From positions 1-35,857 of IMG/VR virus record IMGVR_UViG_3300002307_000130: DNA of 35,857 nucleotides. One strand, 5' to 3'. The position numbers were made by a program, and so were the translations under genes. Under the pieces are notes generated by a model, which was given only the letters and a program-made list of their open reading frames with translations, ran no database searches and was not told the origin of the DNA. The stretch's first letter is position 1; every line of letters begins with the position of its first letter. Below are positions 17,188 to 27,944 of this stretch, piece by piece. This DNA comes from a virus. Lineage: Duplodnaviria > Caudoviricetes.

Positions 17188-19605
17188 ATGGCAAAAAAAT
17201 CATCATCAAAACCTATTCCAAACTTCATTATTGGAGATGGAAAAAAGAATCTTTGGAGTGGTCTAAACACTGCTGTTAAAGATATTCGTTTTTTACAACC
17301 TGGAGAAACTTTTGACTCTCTAAACTGGATTACTGGTCGTGATCGAGACCATATTGAACTCCGAAGAGGTAAGTTTTTATTAGGAAAAACAACAAGAAAT
17401 GTTACTGGTGCATCAGTGACAGGTTTAGGTGTTGGTGTAACCAACTCTGGTCAACAAGTGCCTTTTTATACTTATGCTGAAAAAATAAATTTTTATAATT
17501 CATTAACTAATGATACTCAAGAGGTTAACACTACTGATATTCTCGGAAGTTATGCAAATGGAGAAAATACATCAATCATTTCTTACCAAAACTTGGCAGG
17601 TGCTTTTGTATATGTAAGTTCTCCACATTCATCTATTTATAAAATTGCTACTTGTGCACCAGAATATGTTTCTGATCAAGGAAATGATCTATCTTTAGCT
17701 CCAAATCAGTACGGTGAAGTGCAAAATTTCCATTTTGGATTTACGAGAATTGATGATTCACGAATGTATGCTATGAACCGATATGGTCGCGCTCAAGGTT
17801 CACAGGACCAAACTGGTTTATATGTTTCGCATTTAGATAGACAAGAATTAGGCGATTTTGGAAATCGAATGACTGCTGATAATCCTCATTTTACTATGAC
17901 CCAACATGCAACTGGTGGAAACATAGGAAATGGAATTTACTATTTTGTTATGACAATGGTTGGACCAGAAGGTGTGGAAACTTTACAGGGTCCAGAAGAA
18001 AATATTACAATTTCAGGAACAGGCATATCGTCAATTACATTTACTTTTCAAAACGTTGCAGGTGCTACACAATATAATATTTATGGAAGCACTACTTCTG
18101 GTTCTTATTTATCACCATCACTTGCACAAACAATCTATCCAAATCCAAATGGAAACAACACATTTACATTAACCTCTACTACTTTTAATAACGGTCAACC
18201 GCCATCTTCTACTTTGCAAAAAACTGCAAGTAACACAGGAGTTGGAAACGGCACGACAAAGACTTTTTCTGGTACTCTTGATAGTTTTGTAAACCCAGTG
18301 ACACCTTTTGGATTAATCGTTACTGATGGAATTGAATATTTTGTTGATAACAAAAATGGTATATTAGTCGGGAGTTTGGGAGGTACTGGAACTATTAACT
18401 ATATAACAGCAGCATATTCAGTTACATTTAATACAGCTCCGTCAAACGGAGTCTTAATTACGAACTCTTTCTATCTTGAAAACGCTACACAAGGAGGTAT
18501 TCTTGATTTTACTCCTAATTTTAGTGTTGATTCAAATGGAAATTTGGTGGATCCAGGAAGTGCAATAACTTTTCGTCAAGATGATGGAGGTGGAGATGCA
18601 CAAGCAGTATTTCCATTTAATGCGGTAGAATACGCTTTTCATATATTAAGATCATGGCAAACAACAGTGGATGATTTTAATAAACGATCAAATGGAGGAC
18701 CTTCAACAAGTAATCAAAGTTATTTTGAACAAATAGGTATACCGTCTCCAAGAGCGGCTTTTCCTACTGGACAAGGTATTATCTTTTTAAATAATGCTAT
18801 TCCATCTCAACCGACTGTATCAATTCTTACAATTCCTCCAGGTTCTACCAACTTAACAGTTGTACCTGTTTCAAATTCAGATCAATTGGATCTTTCTGGT
18901 TACAATGTTGATCAATGCTGTATTTTTAGATGGTATGATTACGATATTGTTTGTTTTAGAAACTATACTAATGGTCAAGTAGATACTTTTAATGATGTTA
19001 CTTTCATTAGAAATATTATTTCTGGAAAATGGGATAGATTAGATTACACAATTAACTGTATGGCGGACTTTAATGGATTATTACTAGGAGGAGATTCTCA
19101 ATCAGTTAATGTTTTTGAATTATTTTCTGGTTTTGATGATAACCAAAATAAGATTAATAACTACTATAATACAAGTCCGCAAAACCTTGGATTAGACGGT
19201 CTTAAAACTGTTGGTTTTATACATATGAGTGGACTTATTTCAAAAAGTCAAAAACTAAAAGTATCATATTCTCTTGATGGTTCGAACTATACATATTTGT
19301 ACACAATTGATGGTAGTGGAAGTTATGTAAATCAAGGTTCCCCTGTTACAATTGGATCTAGAATGGTTGGTTCTAATGTAGTAGGTGGAGGTAATGGGTC
19401 TGGCCCACTTCAATCGACATATGCAAACAGATATGAACTAGATATACCAATTCAAACAGATTTATTTGAATATATCTCACTTCGATTTGAAGCTGTTGAT
19501 ATAGGATATGTTTCTATTGATAGAGCTGGGTATAAAGATATTCGATATAAACGAATGCGATTGCTTTATTACGAAGATTTGCAAATTAATTCACCATCAA
19601 GTTAA
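17188..19605 (+). CDS. Tail nozzle/stabilisation protein (P22 gp10-like position) with inserted beta domains
   Basis: ~805 aa, beta-rich, WSGLNT...ELRRG N-terminus; positional. Confidence 0.6.
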   Translation: MAKKSSSKPIPNFIIGDGKKNLWSGLNTAVKDIRFLQPGETFDSLNWITGRDRDHIELRRGKFLLGKTTRNVTGASVTGLGVGVTNSGQQVPFYTYAEKINFYNSLTNDTQEVNTTDILGSYANGENTSIISYQNLAGAFVYVSSPHSSIYKIATCAPEYVSDQGNDLSLAPNQYGEVQNFHFGFTRIDDSRMYAMNRYGRAQGSQDQTGLYVSHLDRQELGDFGNRMTADNPHFTMTQHATGGNIGNGIYYFVMTMVGPEGVETLQGPEENITISGTGISSITFTFQNVAGATQYNIYGSTTSGSYLSPSLAQTIYPNPNGNNTFTLTSTTFNNGQPPSSTLQKTASNTGVGNGTTKTFSGTLDSFVNPVTPFGLIVTDGIEYFVDNKNGILVGSLGGTGTINYITAAYSVTFNTAPSNGVLITNSFYLENATQGGILDFTPNFSVDSNGNLVDPGSAITFRQDDGGGDAQAVFPFNAVEYAFHILRSWQTTVDDFNKRSNGGPSTSNQSYFEQIGIPSPRAAFPTGQGIIFLNNAIPSQPTVSILTIPPGSTNLTVVPVSNSDQLDLSGYNVDQCCIFRWYDYDIVCFRNYTNGQVDTFNDVTFIRNIISGKWDRLDYTINCMADFNGLLLGGDSQSVNVFELFSGFDDNQNKINNYYNTSPQNLGLDGLKTVGFIHMSGLISKSQKLKVSYSLDGSNYTYLYTIDGSGSYVNQGSPVTIGSRMVGSNVVGGGNGSGPLQSTYANRYELDIPIQTDLFEYISLRFEAVDIGYVSIDRAGYKDIRYKRMRLLYYEDLQINSPSS

Positions 19606-19630
19606 TTAATGCTAGTATTAAAATAACTAT

Positions 19631-22213
19631 ATGACATTACAAATCCCACAAACTCCACCATTATTCTCAACTTCTCTTGCTGCCCAGTTAGGAGCATCGG
19701 ATTCTTTTTGTGTGTTGGCAAGTTCTGCAATGATCAATGGAGTTGCATTAACAGGACTTATTTCCGGATCTATTGATATTGGACAACCAAATCCTGAATA
19801 TTTTATTGGTACTATTTCAGGAAATACGGTTACTTTTAGTGTACGTGGATGTGACCCATTAAATCCAACAACTAGCGATTCATCATTAATATCTTTGCAT
19901 AGACTTGGTGCATCCGTAACAATTACTGACTATGTTTCTATTGGAATGTTAGTTAACATTTTAAACGGTGTTACACCTATTGACAATATTCTTTCTTACG
20001 CAGCACTTCAAACTTTTATTCCTAATTCTCCTCAAATCCCAGATGTTGGGTATGTAAATGTTCAAGATCAGCTTATTCTGCAACAAGCAGAAGCATTTGC
20101 GGAGATTCTTATTGCATCACAGGGATCTTCTGGAAAACCTTTATCATTTGCAACATTTACTATTGAAAATTACGAAAATCCATCAGAAGGGTTCTATTCA
20201 GGTACTGTAACTTTTAACAAACAGACTGCAACTAATGGAGGAAACTTCTTAATTCAATCTTCTACTCAAAATATTCAAATTAGAAACTATCTAACAGATT
20301 GGTCATTTGCAATTGATGTTGTTGCATATGCAATTATTGGAACATTAATTTATGTTCAGCTTACTGATGGTACAAATTATCGAGTATATGAATATGATAC
20401 TACTAATTTAGCTTTGGGTGGTACTTTATGTACAGGAATTACTTTTGGAACACAATCAGGAGTCAAAATGACATCTGATGGTGAAAGTTTGTTCTTCAAC
20501 TATAATTCAGGTAACTCTACAAATGATTATGAGATTGATAAGTATAGTGTTGCAGGAAATGCACTTACTTTTGTATCAACAACAAATCTTGGATCAGCAG
20601 TTGGAGTAGCAATACTATTTTTAGTAGATTCAGCAGGTAACTACTACGGTTTTAGCTCATCTAATATTGTTAAACAGTACAACTCTTTTGGAATACTACA
20701 GCAGACTACTGCTAGTTATCCAATTAATCAAAAAGTATTAAATTGGAGTGATTCAATTTATGGAGAATCTACAAATTCAGATCAGTTTGTACTTCTTGAA
20801 ATTGTTGGTACTAGTGATTCATTTATTGGAGGAAATACCACTAGTATGGTTGCAGCAAATCAAGTAACTCTTGGAGAACGTGTTGGTGTATCAGATATTA
20901 TTGGAAATTCTGTAGATCTTGTTTTGAGAAGTAATAAAACACTTACAATCCCAAACTTTACAGGTGCAATTGCAGGAATCCTATTAGATACTAATAAAAT
21001 AGGTCTACTTTATGTTGATAGTTCAACATCTAATTTGATGTGTGTTGTTTGTACAACAAATAATTTTGGAATGATTGTTACACCAGGAACACCTCAAATT
21101 CTTGTTGCATCTGGATCTTTTGATAATAACCTAACATCGGCTACTTCTTATCCAGTTATTATTCAGACAGGTGCAAATCAATTTGCTATTGGATACACTC
21201 ATTCAGGAGCATTTAATGTTATTTGTGCAACTGTTTCAGGTACGGTAATTACAATAGGTACACCTGTAACTGCATATACCGATGCCAATGAGGTTTCTAA
21301 TGCAAAATTGGTACTTGTAGACGTAAACAAAATTTTGGCTTTTTCAAATGGTTTATCACGCTCAAATTATATTATTGGTACAATATCTGGAACTGTGCCA
21401 ACATTTGGAACAAAACAGACTGATTCTACATATTTTCTTACAGATTCATCATTTGCAAACTTTATTCAATCATCTGCTAGTATTGTTGTTCAGGGTGGAT
21501 ATGATTACTCTACAACAAGTGCTGCTGCACGAGTTTTGACTGTTTCAGGAACAGTAATTTCATTTGGCACAGTACTTACATCTGGAATTGGAGGAGGAAC
21601 AATCTCATTTCCAGGAAATATGGTTCAAATTAGTCCAACAACATATGCATTTAGTACAGTAGGAAGTAATTCAGCAAGTTATGGGTTTAGAATCTGGTTT
21701 ATTACAATTTCAGGAACAACAGTTTCAAATCTTATTCAACAGAATGTACCTATGGGTAATGTAAATACTTATTACTCACAATGTTTGGTATATAATGGAA
21801 AAGTATATGGATTTTCTAACCAAGATGATGCTAATAACTCTGGAAATAGACCATGTTACCAATTTACTTACTCTGGAGGATCTTCATCTTCAAATGATGG
21901 AGTAGCATCACTTTCTACAACTTTTGGACAGATTCTTGTAAATCTAGGAAATTACTTTATTGGATTTTCTGGTACATCGTTTATAATGTCAGGAGTATCA
22001 ACACTTTCCTTCTTAGGATATGCACAGCGTGCAGTATCTGCTGGAAGCAAAACTCTTATACTTATTGGTGGTGTTGATCCAAACCAGTCAAATCTTATTC
22101 CCGGTGAGACTTATGTCGTTGGGGCAAATGGTACACTTTCTATAGGAGCAACGGGTGAACCATATTCAGCCGGAAAAGCAATTAGTAGAAATGCGATAGC
22201 ATATTCAGTATAA
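19631..22213 (+). CDS. Tail/receptor-binding protein
   Basis: 860 aa, S/T/G-rich, repeated (V/I)SGT.(I/P)(T/S).GT propeller-like units. Confidence 0.6.
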   Translation: MTLQIPQTPPLFSTSLAAQLGASDSFCVLASSAMINGVALTGLISGSIDIGQPNPEYFIGTISGNTVTFSVRGCDPLNPTTSDSSLISLHRLGASVTITDYVSIGMLVNILNGVTPIDNILSYAALQTFIPNSPQIPDVGYVNVQDQLILQQAEAFAEILIASQGSSGKPLSFATFTIENYENPSEGFYSGTVTFNKQTATNGGNFLIQSSTQNIQIRNYLTDWSFAIDVVAYAIIGTLIYVQLTDGTNYRVYEYDTTNLALGGTLCTGITFGTQSGVKMTSDGESLFFNYNSGNSTNDYEIDKYSVAGNALTFVSTTNLGSAVGVAILFLVDSAGNYYGFSSSNIVKQYNSFGILQQTTASYPINQKVLNWSDSIYGESTNSDQFVLLEIVGTSDSFIGGNTTSMVAANQVTLGERVGVSDIIGNSVDLVLRSNKTLTIPNFTGAIAGILLDTNKIGLLYVDSSTSNLMCVVCTTNNFGMIVTPGTPQILVASGSFDNNLTSATSYPVIIQTGANQFAIGYTHSGAFNVICATVSGTVITIGTPVTAYTDANEVSNAKLVLVDVNKILAFSNGLSRSNYIIGTISGTVPTFGTKQTDSTYFLTDSSFANFIQSSASIVVQGGYDYSTTSAAARVLTVSGTVISFGTVLTSGIGGGTISFPGNMVQISPTTYAFSTVGSNSASYGFRIWFITISGTTVSNLIQQNVPMGNVNTYYSQCLVYNGKVYGFSNQDDANNSGNRPCYQFTYSGGSSSSNDGVASLSTTFGQILVNLGNYFIGFSGTSFIMSGVSTLSFLGYAQRAVSAGSKTLILIGGVDPNQSNLIPGETYVVGANGTLSIGATGEPYSAGKAISRNAIAYSV

Positions 22214-22217
22214 TCCT

Positions 22218-24362
22218 ATGATTTACACACCTACAACAAATCAGAGTCCTGTTTATGGCCAAAGCGGTCCAAGTGTTGCATCGCTTCAAACTTCGCTTAA
22301 CCAAAAATTAAAAAATACACCAGGATTCACACCTCTTGCAGTAGATTCCAAATATGGACCTCTTACAAAAGCGGCTTATGATATGTCAAATAAACCTGCT
22401 CAACCAGACCCTAATTTGTTACCTCGATCAGCACCGTCTTCTGCACCAGCACCACAAACATCTCCTACGCTAAACCAACCAACTCCTGAAAGCCCTACAA
22501 CTCCAAAAACAGATCCATATACAGACTTAATTAATACAGCAAAAGCTTCTTTGCTTGCAACTACAAATGCATATTCAGATAACTTAAAATACGCAGTAGG
22601 TGAAACACCTGGTGTTGGTGGTACTCCAAACGAAGCTGCAACAATACAAAATGCAAGAGCAAATGCAGATTCTAACCGTGCATCTGCTATTACTAATGAA
22701 ATTCAAAATATTGTTAACCTTACCGCAGCAGATCAATCCCAAGCAGCTGCTTCTATTAAAACTCTTGCACAAAATCATATGGATTGGAGTGCTTTTAAAA
22801 CACAAGATCCAACAAGTTACAATAAACTAGTACAAGCAACAGGTGGTGATCCAAATATTACTGATGCAATGTTTGCTACTAGTATTCCTCCTCAAAATAT
22901 TCAACAAACTTGGATTACTGGAAGTACTTATAACCAACTTGTAACTGATCCAATTACAGGAAAACCATCAGTTCAATCTTACGATTTAGGTGTTACATTA
23001 CCACAAAGTTGGACACAAGAAAAAATCGGCACAAATGCCGTTATTTACCATGCTGCAAATTGGAATCCAAATGATCCAACCACATATCAAATTTTTGGTG
23101 TAAATCCTTTAACTGGTATTCCAACGGCTCAAATTGGAGGTTCTCCAAATCCAACAGCACAGCAATCAGATAACTCTTCTGCTGTTCCAAACTATATTTC
23201 TAAACTTGCAACTCAAGGTGTTACAGCAAATCCTAGCGATTCACTTGCAACATTTATTAGTGATCCTAATAATCTTAATGCTCTTGTACAAGCTGCAATT
23301 CAAAACGAGGGAGGTACACCTCAAGGGGCAAATAATCCTGGAAATGTAAAATTTGCTAATCAACCAGGTGCTACAATTGGAAAACCTGCATCTGATGGGG
23401 GAAATTTTGCTAACTTCGACACCCCTGAAAATGGATTAAAAGCAATTGCCTCAACATATCAAAATCTTGCAAGTCAAGGATTATCTCTTGGTGATGCAAT
23501 TTCAAAATATACAAATACTAGTAATTCTTCTACATCAAACACTGATACTTCACAGTATGGATTACTTGCAAAAGTTCCTGGATTCAATCCCCAATCATCT
23601 GACGGTGTTGATAAGACAGCAGGAAATTATTTACGAGAATACCTAACACAAGGTAAAATACCATCAGCATCGAGTCTTGGAATATCTACTCGGTCTGGGA
23701 GTGGTGGCGTACTAAATACAATTGCAGATAAAGCTGGCGCTCTCTATAAACAAGCAACTGGACATAACTTACCAAATGCAGATTTACTTTCAACAAATTT
23801 GAGCCTTATTTCTGATAATAATAAATTATTAAATAATCTTAATTTACAAACAGGAACAATTGGAAGCAATATTAAACTTTTGCAAAAAAACATACAGAAT
23901 AATAATGTAAATACTTCTGCTCCAGCAATTAACAAAATTGTTAATGCTCTTGCAACTGCATCAGGAAATGCTTCTGTTGCACAGTATTTAGCTCAAAATG
24001 AAACAATTAAAAATGAACTAGCTAGTTTGCTTTCTGTTAAAAATGCCTCAGGAACCACGGTTGCAGATAAACTTTCAGCAACTGATGTTCTTCCAAGTGG
24101 TGCAACGTCAGATCAAATTAGTGCAATTGTAAATACATTACTTAAAGAAGCTCAAAATCAATCAAGTTCAATTGCGACACAAAATGCACAGCTTTATATT
24201 AAAACAGATGAATTAGGAATGAATCCTGATAATCCTGTAAACCAAACCATCAATCTAGTTGATACTGATGGGAACGTATATACGGTTCAACCTGGAACTT
24301 ATACACCGGATCAACTATCTCAAGCATTTGACCAGGGATATACAATAGAAGCTTCACAATAA
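22218..24362 (+). CDS. Internal virion/ejection protein with PG-binding and lysozyme-like domains
   Basis: GQSGPSVASLQ...VDSKYGPLT (PGBD-like); EGG...NNPGNVK...FANFDTPENG...AISKY (lysozyme-like). Confidence 0.75.
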   Translation: MIYTPTTNQSPVYGQSGPSVASLQTSLNQKLKNTPGFTPLAVDSKYGPLTKAAYDMSNKPAQPDPNLLPRSAPSSAPAPQTSPTLNQPTPESPTTPKTDPYTDLINTAKASLLATTNAYSDNLKYAVGETPGVGGTPNEAATIQNARANADSNRASAITNEIQNIVNLTAADQSQAAASIKTLAQNHMDWSAFKTQDPTSYNKLVQATGGDPNITDAMFATSIPPQNIQQTWITGSTYNQLVTDPITGKPSVQSYDLGVTLPQSWTQEKIGTNAVIYHAANWNPNDPTTYQIFGVNPLTGIPTAQIGGSPNPTAQQSDNSSAVPNYISKLATQGVTANPSDSLATFISDPNNLNALVQAAIQNEGGTPQGANNPGNVKFANQPGATIGKPASDGGNFANFDTPENGLKAIASTYQNLASQGLSLGDAISKYTNTSNSSTSNTDTSQYGLLAKVPGFNPQSSDGVDKTAGNYLREYLTQGKIPSASSLGISTRSGSGGVLNTIADKAGALYKQATGHNLPNADLLSTNLSLISDNNKLLNNLNLQTGTIGSNIKLLQKNIQNNNVNTSAPAINKIVNALATASGNASVAQYLAQNETIKNELASLLSVKNASGTTVADKLSATDVLPSGATSDQISAIVNTLLKEAQNQSSSIATQNAQLYIKTDELGMNPDNPVNQTINLVDTDGNVYTVQPGTYTPDQLSQAFDQGYTIEASQ

Positions 24363-24366
24363 ACTT

Positions 24367-25935
24367 ATGGCAAATACTCCTTTCAGTATAAATGTACCTG
24401 GTGTTACACCAGCTCAAAAAGGAACACAGACACCTGATCAACCAGGTTCTTTGCCTTCTCAAAATTCATTTAGTATAAGTGTTCCAGGAGTTACACAAAT
24501 TAAAAAATCTGATACTACAACAACAAATCCAAAAGTGGAACCATTTTTAGGTTCTCAAACTTTAGGAAATGCAAAAAATTCAGTAACCAACTTTTTTCAA
24601 AAACCAGTTGTCAAAGGTGCTATACAGTCACAATATCCATTAGCATCTCAAGTTGCATATAATGCAAAACCGATTGCTCAAAATGTGGCCCCTGTCGCTT
24701 TCGATATTGGACAAAAAAAATCACCTGAACAAATTGCTGGTGATGTTGTTTCTACTGGAACTAACCTAGCATTAGCTGGTTCAATGTTATTTGGAAATGA
24801 GGCGGCACCTGCTGAGATTCCTGCTGCTGATGCAGCAGTAAAGGGTGGATTGGAAAAAATCATAGGAAAGGTTGCAACAGGTGGGACTGCGTATGGAGCA
24901 GCACAAGGTCTTGCTACTGGACTACAAAATAAACAAGGAGTTGGTGGTGTTGTTGGGAGTACTGTTTTAGGTGGTGTGTTAGGAAAAGGACTAGAATATG
25001 CTGGTGGAAAGGTTCTTGATACAATTGCAAATTGGGGAAAACCAGCTGCTGTCGGTGAAAAATCAATAACAACTAAATTGTTTGGTGAAGAAGCTGGACA
25101 AAGATCAGTTGCAAAATCAGATCCGATTGCTAAAGAGTTTCAGGCTGGAAAACGTACACTTGCAGATACTGGATCAAAAATTAAGTCAGCAATTAAGGCA
25201 TTTTCTCAAAATGGAACCAAAGCATTAAATGCTGTTTTTGATAAATTACCAAATGATATTGCATTTAAGTCACAAGATATTGTAAACTCCGTAAATAGTG
25301 CAATGGAAAAAGTTGTTGGAAGTTTAGAAAAAACATCTGGTGCTGGAGCTAATGGACTAAAAAATATAAGTGATTTAATTACAAAAACAAAATTTACTCC
25401 TGACGAACAAAAAGTTGTTCAAAATATGGTTGAAAAAATTAATTCATGGACTAACAATACACCTCGTGGAATTGCAGAACTCAGACGAGTTTTGTATGAT
25501 CAATTTAATCGAGGGGATGGATCATTATCTGATAAAGTGGTTAGATCAGTAAATAATGAATTAAAAAACTTAATATCGTCTTCATCAAAAGAGTATGGGC
25601 CAGCTCTTGCAAAAGCAGTTGAAAATATTGATAAGGTAAATTCTGCAACAAGAGCATTTATTGATAGAAATGGTAATATTATTGAATCTAGAATAGCCTC
25701 ATTTGCTAAAAAGTTATCAGATCCAGCATTGGCTGCTGATCAAAAAGCATTAATGAAGCAAATTTTTGGAGATTCTTTTAGTCAAATTGAAAAAGAATTG
25801 CAAGGCTTTAATAATTATAAGATACTTCAAAAAATTAAAGACCCTGGAATTGTAAAGAAAGCTGCACTTGCAGGAGGAATTATTGCTGGTTTAGGAACAG
25901 CTTATGAAGGAGTAAAAAGTAAACTTGGTTTATAG
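24367..25935 (+). CDS. Internal virion/DNA ejection protein
   Basis: A/G-rich hydrophobic segments plus a helical K-rich region; last of the tail genes. Confidence 0.6.
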   Translation: MANTPFSINVPGVTPAQKGTQTPDQPGSLPSQNSFSISVPGVTQIKKSDTTTTNPKVEPFLGSQTLGNAKNSVTNFFQKPVVKGAIQSQYPLASQVAYNAKPIAQNVAPVAFDIGQKKSPEQIAGDVVSTGTNLALAGSMLFGNEAAPAEIPAADAAVKGGLEKIIGKVATGGTAYGAAQGLATGLQNKQGVGGVVGSTVLGGVLGKGLEYAGGKVLDTIANWGKPAAVGEKSITTKLFGEEAGQRSVAKSDPIAKEFQAGKRTLADTGSKIKSAIKAFSQNGTKALNAVFDKLPNDIAFKSQDIVNSVNSAMEKVVGSLEKTSGAGANGLKNISDLITKTKFTPDEQKVVQNMVEKINSWTNNTPRGIAELRRVLYDQFNRGDGSLSDKVVRSVNNELKNLISSSSKEYGPALAKAVENIDKVNSATRAFIDRNGNIIESRIASFAKKLSDPALAADQKALMKQIFGDSFSQIEKELQGFNNYKILQKIKDPGIVKKAALAGGIIAGLGTAYEGVKSKLGL

Positions 25936-26013
25936 TTAGAAAATCTTAACTAGATCACTAAAAAGCCATAGTGAGACAGAGATTCCTAGAAGAAATAAGA
26001 TTATTTGAATCAT
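25936..26013 (-). CDS. 25-aa hydrophobic membrane peptide
   Basis: MIQIILFLLGISVSLWLFSDLVKIF fills the intergenic gap and has its own promoter-like element. Confidence 0.5.
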   Translation of the reverse strand: MIQIILFLLGISVSLWLFSDLVKIF

Positions 26014-26019
26014 TTTATT

Positions 26020-26048
26020 AAAATACCATACCTATGAAAAAATTACAA
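26020..26048 (-). promoter_or_regulatory. Putative sigma70 promoter (leaderless) for the 25-aa peptide
   Basis: Minus strand TTGTAA-17 nt-TATTTT with extended TG; ATG 6 nt downstream. Confidence 0.4.
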
Positions 26049-27701
26049 GACATCCTCTCAAAAAAGAAAATAAAAGGCTCAGATTTTGATGGAGTAATTA
26101 CTGCTGGTATTATTCCTGAAAAAGGAACAATTATACTTACTGGTCGTCCTAAAGAGGATGAAGAATTTGTGCGTGAACATTTAGAACATAATAATGAAAT
26201 TTATTTTTTCCCAGACCAAGATAAAATTGATGGAAAGTTGAGTAAAGACAAACTTGTAGGAACTTGGAAAGGTGAAATGATTAAAAAACTTGGAATTACA
26301 AGCTTTATTGATGATACTGAAAAACAACTTGAAATAATACAAAAAATTAATCCAAATATTGAGTTGTTACACGTGAAACAAGAAGATCCTGTTATTGAAA
26401 ACGTTAAACAATCTTTAAAACCATCATCAGAAGTAACTGCTTGTGTTATTGACTATGGAACATTTATTTGCCTAGCTGAAAAACTTGGTGAGACTTTTAA
26501 AAAGGTTTACTACTATACACCAACTTCAAAAGAGTATTATTCTATTGAAGACAGTGTTAAAGCAACAGGCCTTAAAACAGTTGAGCGAGTTGAAGATATT
26601 TTTGAACCAAAGTTTATAGAAAAAATTGATTTGTTTATCTTTCCAGATATTGGTTATGAAGGACTCCAAAAGCACCTTAAAAGCCTAGGAAAAGCAGTTT
26701 GGGGTAATATGGGTGCTGATGAATTAGAACTCTTTAGAGATCACTTTTTGAACGTTTTAAAGGAGTTAGGACTACCTACCATTCATTCTGAAAAAATTGT
26801 AGGTTTGGATAAACTTCGAGAATATCTAAAAACAGTAAAAAACAAATATATTAAAGTAAATAAATATCGTGGAAATATGGAGACTTTTCACCATATTGAC
26901 TCTGACCATAGTGACCCAGAACTTGATCGTCTTGATATTCAATTCGGTGGACTTTCCAATGAAATTGTATTTATTGTTCAAGACCATATTGATACTGATG
27001 TTGAAACAGGTGCAGACCTCTGGTGTATTGATGGTAAATTTCCATCAAAATGCTCACAAGGGTATGAGAAAAAAAATGAGCTATATTTAGCATCACTTAT
27101 TGATTATGATAAACTACCAGAAGTAGTAAAAGTAGTAAATGAAAAGCTTGCACCTCTTCTCAAAAAATTTAACTATCGTAATTTTATGGCAACTGAAATT
27201 AGAGTAAAGGATGGAGTTCCATATTTTATTGATCCAACCATGAGAATGCCCGGACAATCTGGTGAACAGCTTCTTGAAACATGTACAAACCTTGCTGATG
27301 TTATTTGGAATGGTGCAAATGGTGAGGTTATTGATCCTGAATTTAAATATAAGTTTTCAGCGGCTGCAACTATGCATTACACAGCGGGAGGTGAGTGGAG
27401 TGTACTTAAAGTACCTGAAAAGATTCGAAAATGGGTAAAACTATACCACTATTGTGAAAGAGATGGATTATGTCATTTTCCACCAAAATCAAATGACGAG
27501 CTTGGAGTAGTTCTTGGAGTTTCAAATACTATTGATGGTGCTATTGATAGACTTAAAGAACATTTGAAAGAAATGAAGGGTGAATCTATTGATTGCAATC
27601 TACAAGGTTTTGTAGAATTATTAAAAGATATTGAAGAAGCAGAAGATCACGGAATTAAATTCAGTAATAAAAAAGTTCCAGATCCAAAATCTGTTGTATG
27701 A
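26034..27701 (+). CDS. HAD-like phosphatase fused to a PurD/GARS-like ATP-grasp ligase
   Basis: HAD motifs SDFDGV, ILTGR, K and FIDD; ATP-grasp motifs ELELFR, YIKVNKYRG, FIVQDHI and ATEIRV...YFIDPTMR. Confidence 0.7.
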   Translation: MKKLQDILSKKKIKGSDFDGVITAGIIPEKGTIILTGRPKEDEEFVREHLEHNNEIYFFPDQDKIDGKLSKDKLVGTWKGEMIKKLGITSFIDDTEKQLEIIQKINPNIELLHVKQEDPVIENVKQSLKPSSEVTACVIDYGTFICLAEKLGETFKKVYYYTPTSKEYYSIEDSVKATGLKTVERVEDIFEPKFIEKIDLFIFPDIGYEGLQKHLKSLGKAVWGNMGADELELFRDHFLNVLKELGLPTIHSEKIVGLDKLREYLKTVKNKYIKVNKYRGNMETFHHIDSDHSDPELDRLDIQFGGLSNEIVFIVQDHIDTDVETGADLWCIDGKFPSKCSQGYEKKNELYLASLIDYDKLPEVVKVVNEKLAPLLKKFNYRNFMATEIRVKDGVPYFIDPTMRMPGQSGEQLLETCTNLADVIWNGANGEVIDPEFKYKFSAAATMHYTAGGEWSVLKVPEKIRKWVKLYHYCERDGLCHFPPKSNDELGVVLGVSNTIDGAIDRLKEHLKEMKGESIDCNLQGFVELLKDIEEAEDHGIKFSNKKVPDPKSVV

Positions 27702-27940
27702 TTGAGATATTTAAATTTATTTTTGTACTTATTATATCGGCTTGCTTAGATAGTTGTTGGACTTTTGCAATAAATTATACAAATAAAAGAAGTCCTACTA
27801 TTGCTTCAATTTGGACAGGTTTAGGATATTTACTTGCATCTCTTAATATTATTGAGTATGTATCTGATCCCAAACTTATTATTGCTGTTGTAATAGGGGC
27901 TTCTTTAGGTTGCTTTTTTACAATAAAATACTTACAATAG
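27698..27940 (+). CDS. Small 3-TM membrane protein
   Basis: 80 aa with three hydrophobic segments ending IGASLGCFF; ATGA-coupled to the ATP-grasp gene. Confidence 0.75.
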   Translation: MIEIFKFIFVLIISACLDSCWTFAINYTNKRSPTIASIWTGLGYLLASLNIIEYVSDPKLIIAVVIGASLGCFFTIKYLQ

Positions 27941-27944
27941 CAAT

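Noticed and set aside
11104-22213. Diversity-generating retroelement targeting the fibre genes
   Set aside because: No reverse transcriptase was seen and no template/variable repeat pair was noticed.
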